64,000 nt of DNA from Macrostomum lignano (Eukaryota): the NCBI GenBank assembly GCA_002269645.1, contig NIVC01000105.1, positions 225,992 to 289,991 on the forward strand, given 5' to 3'. A program made the translations under genes and the position numbers. This document shows positions 59,291-64,000 of this stretch, one piece after another. The first letter of the stretch is position 1. The number at the start of each line of letters is the position of its first letter. Under the pieces are notes generated by a model. That model saw only the letters and a list, made by a program, of their open reading frames with translations, made no database searches and was not told where the DNA came from.

Positions 59291-59588
59291 GTTGTTATAC
59301 TGGTTAAAAATAATGAAATTCTGCAGAGTAAAAACTGACAGGAAAGTAGCCTGGAATGTACCCTGGCAAAATAGCCACAGGAATGCATAATGAAGTTACA
59401 AAAATTAAACTGAAAGAAGCGCAAAAGCAGCAAAAGTGATTTCGAAGAAAGAATTCGTATCTTTTTATAAAAAACACGCAGTATAAATAGTGATATTGTT
59501 AAAATATATATATTGGAAAACAATGTTATCACAGGGGACAAAATGAGATTCAAGTTGGACCGATTTTAAAGTTTTTCAATACGTTGAA

Positions 59589-61283
59589 CTATGACTCGCT
59601 ACTAGGAGCAACCCTAGGAAGTTGAGGCGGCAGCTTCGGCCGAAAGTAGAGCAGCTTAGTCAGCTGACTGACCGATACGGGCATCTGCTTCTTACGGCTG
59701 GTAGCGGCTCTGTCTGTCAGGCTCTCGTGACGATTTGAAGCCACTTCGCGTTGTACACTAACCATCAGCTGGCTGAACTCATGCCGGGTGCCCCATTGGT
59801 CCAGGACACGGCACAGCTCCTGGAATAATCGGCGATAAAAGAGTGATAGTTTTGAAAGTCAAATTTTTGTTCAAATCAAAATCTATGACCTGAGATGAGA
59901 CGATTCCTGGAAAATCCCAAATTAAAATTGAGGATCTTGGATGAGGCGATTCCTGGAAAATCCTACAAAAACGTAACTTTAACTACGGTAATGTATTTAC
60001 CAATAAGTATGAAATCATGAAATCATTAATGTGACATCAAGGTTACGAAAACCGCACCTGAATGAACCAGGAGCCATACAGAGCATTCTTCCAGCTAAAA
60101 TAACCAGGCGGCGAAGAATAAAAGAAGAAATTATCTGCCTCAATCGGCAGCCGCTGCACCCTCTCCTCCTCCAGATCCTCGTCTTCCGGCAGATCGGCGT
60201 CCGTTTTTTCAACTCCGTCGTCGAAGGTAAAACCGCGACAGGCCTGCAGGGTTTTATGTTGAAATTTGCATTTCTGTCTACTCATAAGTAGGATGGCTAG
60301 GTACTCATGGAAAATTAAAAATATTAAATTTGCTCATAGGCTGAATAAGGTTGGCAGACTTCGCGCGTCTGAGAAGTCTAGCGATTGAGTACGGATCTGG
60401 GAGGCTGACCCAGCAACTGGGGATCTGGGAGGCTGGCCCAGCAACTGGGGATCTGGGAGGCTGGCCCAGCAACTGGGGATCTGGGAGGCTGGCCCAGCAA
60501 CTGGGGATCTGGGAGGCTGGCCCAGCAACTGGGGATCTGGGAGGCTGACCCAGCAACTGAGGATCTGGGAGGCTGGCCCAGCAACTGAGGATCTGGGAGG
60601 CTGACCCAGCAACTGAGGATCTGGGAGGCTGACCCAGCAACTGGGGATCTGGGAGGCTGGCCCAGCAACTGGGGATCTGGGAGGCTGACCCAGCAACTGG
60701 GGATCTGGGAGGCTGGCCCAGCAACTGGGGATCTGGGAGGCTGGCCCAGCAACTGGGGATCTGGGAGGCTGACCCAGCAACTGGGGATCTGGGAGGCTGG
60801 CCCAGCAACTGGGGATCTGGGAGGCTGGCCCAGCAACTGAGGATCTGGGAGGCTGGTGCTAACCTGGAAGAAGAACAGCTTAGGCTTGCCAATGAGGCTG
60901 GCGCAGTTGTCAGCCCGAAACGGCTTAGTAAGCTCGTCAACCTTCAGCGGCCCATCTGTGCAGTAGATGATATCCTGCTCTCCATGCGACATCATGGCCA
61001 GTCCAAAGCAGTCATTGTCGCTGTGGTCCTTCTGGCCGTACTCAGCCAGCAGTCTACGCAGGTCGGCCAGCTTTAAATTTCTAAACGGCAGCACGTTGAA
61101 GCCGAGGATTTTGAAAGTCTCTTCAAGTTTTGCCGCGTCCAAATCAGAGCCTGTGCGCTCCTTTTGCCCGGTTCGCGGCTCAAATTTCACCTGGTTGATG
61201 ATTATAAAGAAACCCCGCTTCTTGTGGTCCATGCTGTACTCCAGCGCTGGGTCCAGTGGTGTATTGGGTAGCGGTGCGGTCAT
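59589..61283 (-). CDS. Effector caspase (caspase-3/7-like), short prodomain, 278 aa, 3 coding exons
   Basis: Exons 61283-60864 (RGFFIIIN..ERTGSDLD..MMSHG..GKPKLFFFQ), 60243-60058 (ACRG..EADNFFFYSSPPGYFSWKN..GSWFIQ) and 59819-59589 (ELC..KQMP..SQLTKLLYF), all phase 0. In-frame stops lie just upstream of the ATG. Confidence 0.93.
60395..60857. repeat. 28-bp minisatellite filling caspase intron 1
   Basis: Same unit as 58510-59290. Confidence 0.96.
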
Positions 61284-61299
61284 TGCTAATTATCACCTG

Positions 61300-62115
61300 T
61301 AAGGATTGGAGTAGGTGTGTTTGAATTGGCTAATTGGTTATCAGGTGTGGAGATTGGGGTTGGTGTATCTTTATTGGCTAATTGGTTATCAGGTGTGAAG
61401 ATTGGGGTGGGTGTGTCTGAATTGGCTAATTGGTTATCAGGTGTGGAGATTGGGGTGGGTGTGTCTTAATTGGCTAATTAATTATCAGGTGTGAAGATTG
61501 GGGTTGGTGTATCTTTATTGGCTAATTGGTTATCAGGTGTGGAGGTTGGGGTGGGTGTGTCTGAACTGGCTAGTTGGTTATCAGGTGTGGAGATTGGGGT
61601 GGGTGTGTCTGAACTGGCTAATTGGTTATCAGGTGTGGAGATTGGGGTGGGTGTGTCTGAACTGGCTAGTTGGTTATCAGGTGTGGAGATTGGGGTGGGT
61701 GTGTCTGAACTGGCTAATTGGTTATCAGGTGTGGAGATTGGGGTGGGTGTGTCTGAATTGGCTAGTTGGTTATCAGGTGTGGAGATTGGGGTGGGTGTGT
61801 CTGAACTGGCTAGTTGGTTATCAGGTGTGGAGATTGGGGTATGTGTGTCTGAACTGGCTAATGGGTTATCAGGTGTGAAGATTGGGGTGGTTGTGTCTAA
61901 ATTGGCTAATGGGTTATCAGGTGTGGAGGCTGGGGTGGGTGTGTCTGAATTGGATAATTGGTTATCAGGTGTGGAGATTGGGGTGGTTGTGTCTAAATTG
62001 GCTAATGGGTTATCAGGTGTGGAGATTGGGGTGGGTGTGTTTGAGTTGGCTAATGGGTTATCAGGTGCAAAGATTGGGGTAGGTGTGTCTGAATGGCTAG
62101 TTGGTTATCAGGTGT
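61300..62115. repeat. 48-bp minisatellite (TGGTTATCAGGTGTGGAGATTGGGGTGGGTGTGTCTGAACTGGCTAGT)n
   Basis: Visible period; gives 16-aa periodic pseudo-ORFs. Confidence 0.96.
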
Positions 62116-62733
62116 CCGGTGTTTGAAAATTTTAAGAGGCAGTTTTTTCGAAAAAAGACACTACGGAAATAGGAACTTTTTATTTTCTCAGCACAAAAAT
62201 TGTTACTGATTTCGATAGGAGGCAGACCAAATGTTCATCTTTTTAAATGTTTTGCCTTTTATAGCTCTATTGATATTCATAAAGCTTTTTTTATAAAATA
62301 GGGTTTTATGTTAATTTTATTTATTCTACGTACACTGTGCTAGAAATCATAAAAATGCGTGGCCCAGTTTGACTTATCATGGTTTTATGAATCTATTTTA
62401 TATCATCTCTGTTTAAACATACTGTTACACAGTCAGCTAATAATCATAAAATAGATTCATAAAAACAATGAGCCGTGCCTTGCAATTTTAATGGTTAATT
62501 TTAGGCACAGGATATGTACGTACTTGGATAATTTCTAACAATTAAAATGAAAGTTTATATGAAAAGGCATGAAATGAAAAACGCATTGATTTAATAATAT
62601 ATTTAAAAATAAACAGGATGAGTTATAAACTTTCTATTCCGAACAGCAGCATATGTACGTAGGCAGTGACAGACACGAGTTTCCGTTTAACATATTATTA
62701 ATTCTCTAGAGAACACGACACCACGGTAAAGTG

Positions 62734-63140
62734 CAGATACTAGAATAACCAGATGGGCCACTCAGCGCATTTGCGTGTAAGCTACTGTCAGTTCAGTATT
62801 AATGTATTTTTAAAGTCAAGGCTCATTTATTGGCTCTTACCCCCAGCTTAACTATCCAACCGGCGTACCCCCCCTCCGCCTCGCCCCAATTTTTATTGCC
62901 CCAATTTTATCTCGGAAAATTCCAGCCTAAAGCTTCCATGTACATTTCGGTGGACTGGCTAATGTACATTAGTGCTGAACCAATTAGCAAGCTGTTTACG
63001 TCTGCAAGCTTGGGCTTCTAAGCTTATCAAAGTCATTTCAGCCGCATTTATTTCTATAAAATAGCTTATGCATTCTTCTTTGTTACTGAACTGAAAGTAT
63101 AAAGCTGTTTTAGTAAGTAGTATGTACCGTATGTCTGAGT
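62734..63140. mobile_element. Older, end-truncated copy of the 458-bp CACAG-MITE
   Basis: CAGATACTAGAATAACCAGATGGGCCACTCAG start and colinear body; the right TIR is decayed and no TSD is visible. Confidence 0.8.
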
Positions 63141-63739
63141 GTTAAGTAAAAAGTTATAACTGCATACTATATAAACATTGAAAATTCATCAAAACAGAAT
63201 ATTTTACACGTTTGCAATATTTAAGAGAGTTGCTAAACAGAATACATAAGATAGCCAACTTACCACGAAGAGTGCAAAAATTATTGAAATAATATTTTTA
63301 TATTAAATCTGTGCAACTTTTAAATCACAGAGTATAAAGAAAGTCGTCAATTTCAATTTTAGAAAATAATATTTTAAAACTATGACTTTGAGAATATTTA
63401 CATAGTAGGTTTAAACAATATTAATGTGTAAAATTGTGACTAATAGCTTTATTATAACGGATAAACACATTCAGTCTTACACCTATCATATCGAAACATT
63501 GTTAAACAAAACAATCAGCAGATTATCTATGCTAAGCAGAGAAAATTAGGTTCTGTATTTACAATAAAGTGGGCCAGCCGTGCGTTTGATTTCAATCAGA
63601 CAGTAAAAGACAAAACAATGAAAACAGTTTGGCATCCAAATAACATTTTTGAGTTTTTTTCGCAGTTAACACTTTGTATAATGCGAACGATGAATTAATA
63701 GAAAAAAATCTCTAATGGATAGGTAAGGTCCATGAATAA

Positions 63740-64000
63740 CAGGCATAACCGGTGTCTAACAGGTAGAACCGGTGTCTAACGGGTATAGCCGGTGTCTAAC
63801 AGGTATAACCAGTGTCTAACAGGTATAACTAGTGTTTAACAGGTAGACCCGGTGTCTAACAGGTAGGGCCAGTGTTAACAGGTAGAACCGGTGTCTAACA
63901 GGCATAACCGGTGTCTAACAGGTAGAACCGGTGTCTATCAGGTAGAACCGGTGTCTAACGGGTATAGCCGGTGTCTAACAGGTATAACCAGTGTTTAGCA
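63740..64000. repeat. 20-bp minisatellite (AACAGGTAGAACCGGTGTCT)n, truncated by window end
   Basis: Visible period. Confidence 0.93.

Noticed and set aside
60378-60863. Repetitive C-terminal half of the 301-aa caspase ORF
   Set aside because: Read-through into intron 1 minisatellite; the GT donor at 60863 joins in phase to ACRG.

Overview
Eukaryotic (metazoan) genomic DNA with GT-AG introns packed with minisatellites. The style resembles a free-living flatworm such as Macrostomum, but that is inference only. Genes reconstructed by hand from splice sites and reading phase: the terminal exon of a zinc-finger gene (+), a 4-exon melatonin-receptor-like class A GPCR (+), an intronless atypical Rho GTPase (-), intronless SRP9 (-), an 8-exon hnRNP U/UL-family gene (-), a 6-7-exon TBC1D30-like RabGAP (-) and a 3-exon effector caspase (-). 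The most striking element is an apparently complete 3.2-kb Chapaev-type DNA transposon (51687-54892) in the first intron of the RabGAP gene. It has 125-bp CACGG TIRs, a GCTC target-site duplication and an intact 680-aa transposase with RAG1/Transib-like catalytic and zinc motifs. The window also holds a non-autonomous hAT element with internal foldback arms, three CA...TG-ended MITE-like families, a tRNA-derived SINE pair, a probable solo LTR and about 30 tandem arrays. Most long ORFs in the supplied track are artefacts of these arrays or antisense shadows of real exons. All counts and alignments were done by eye; no database search was run.
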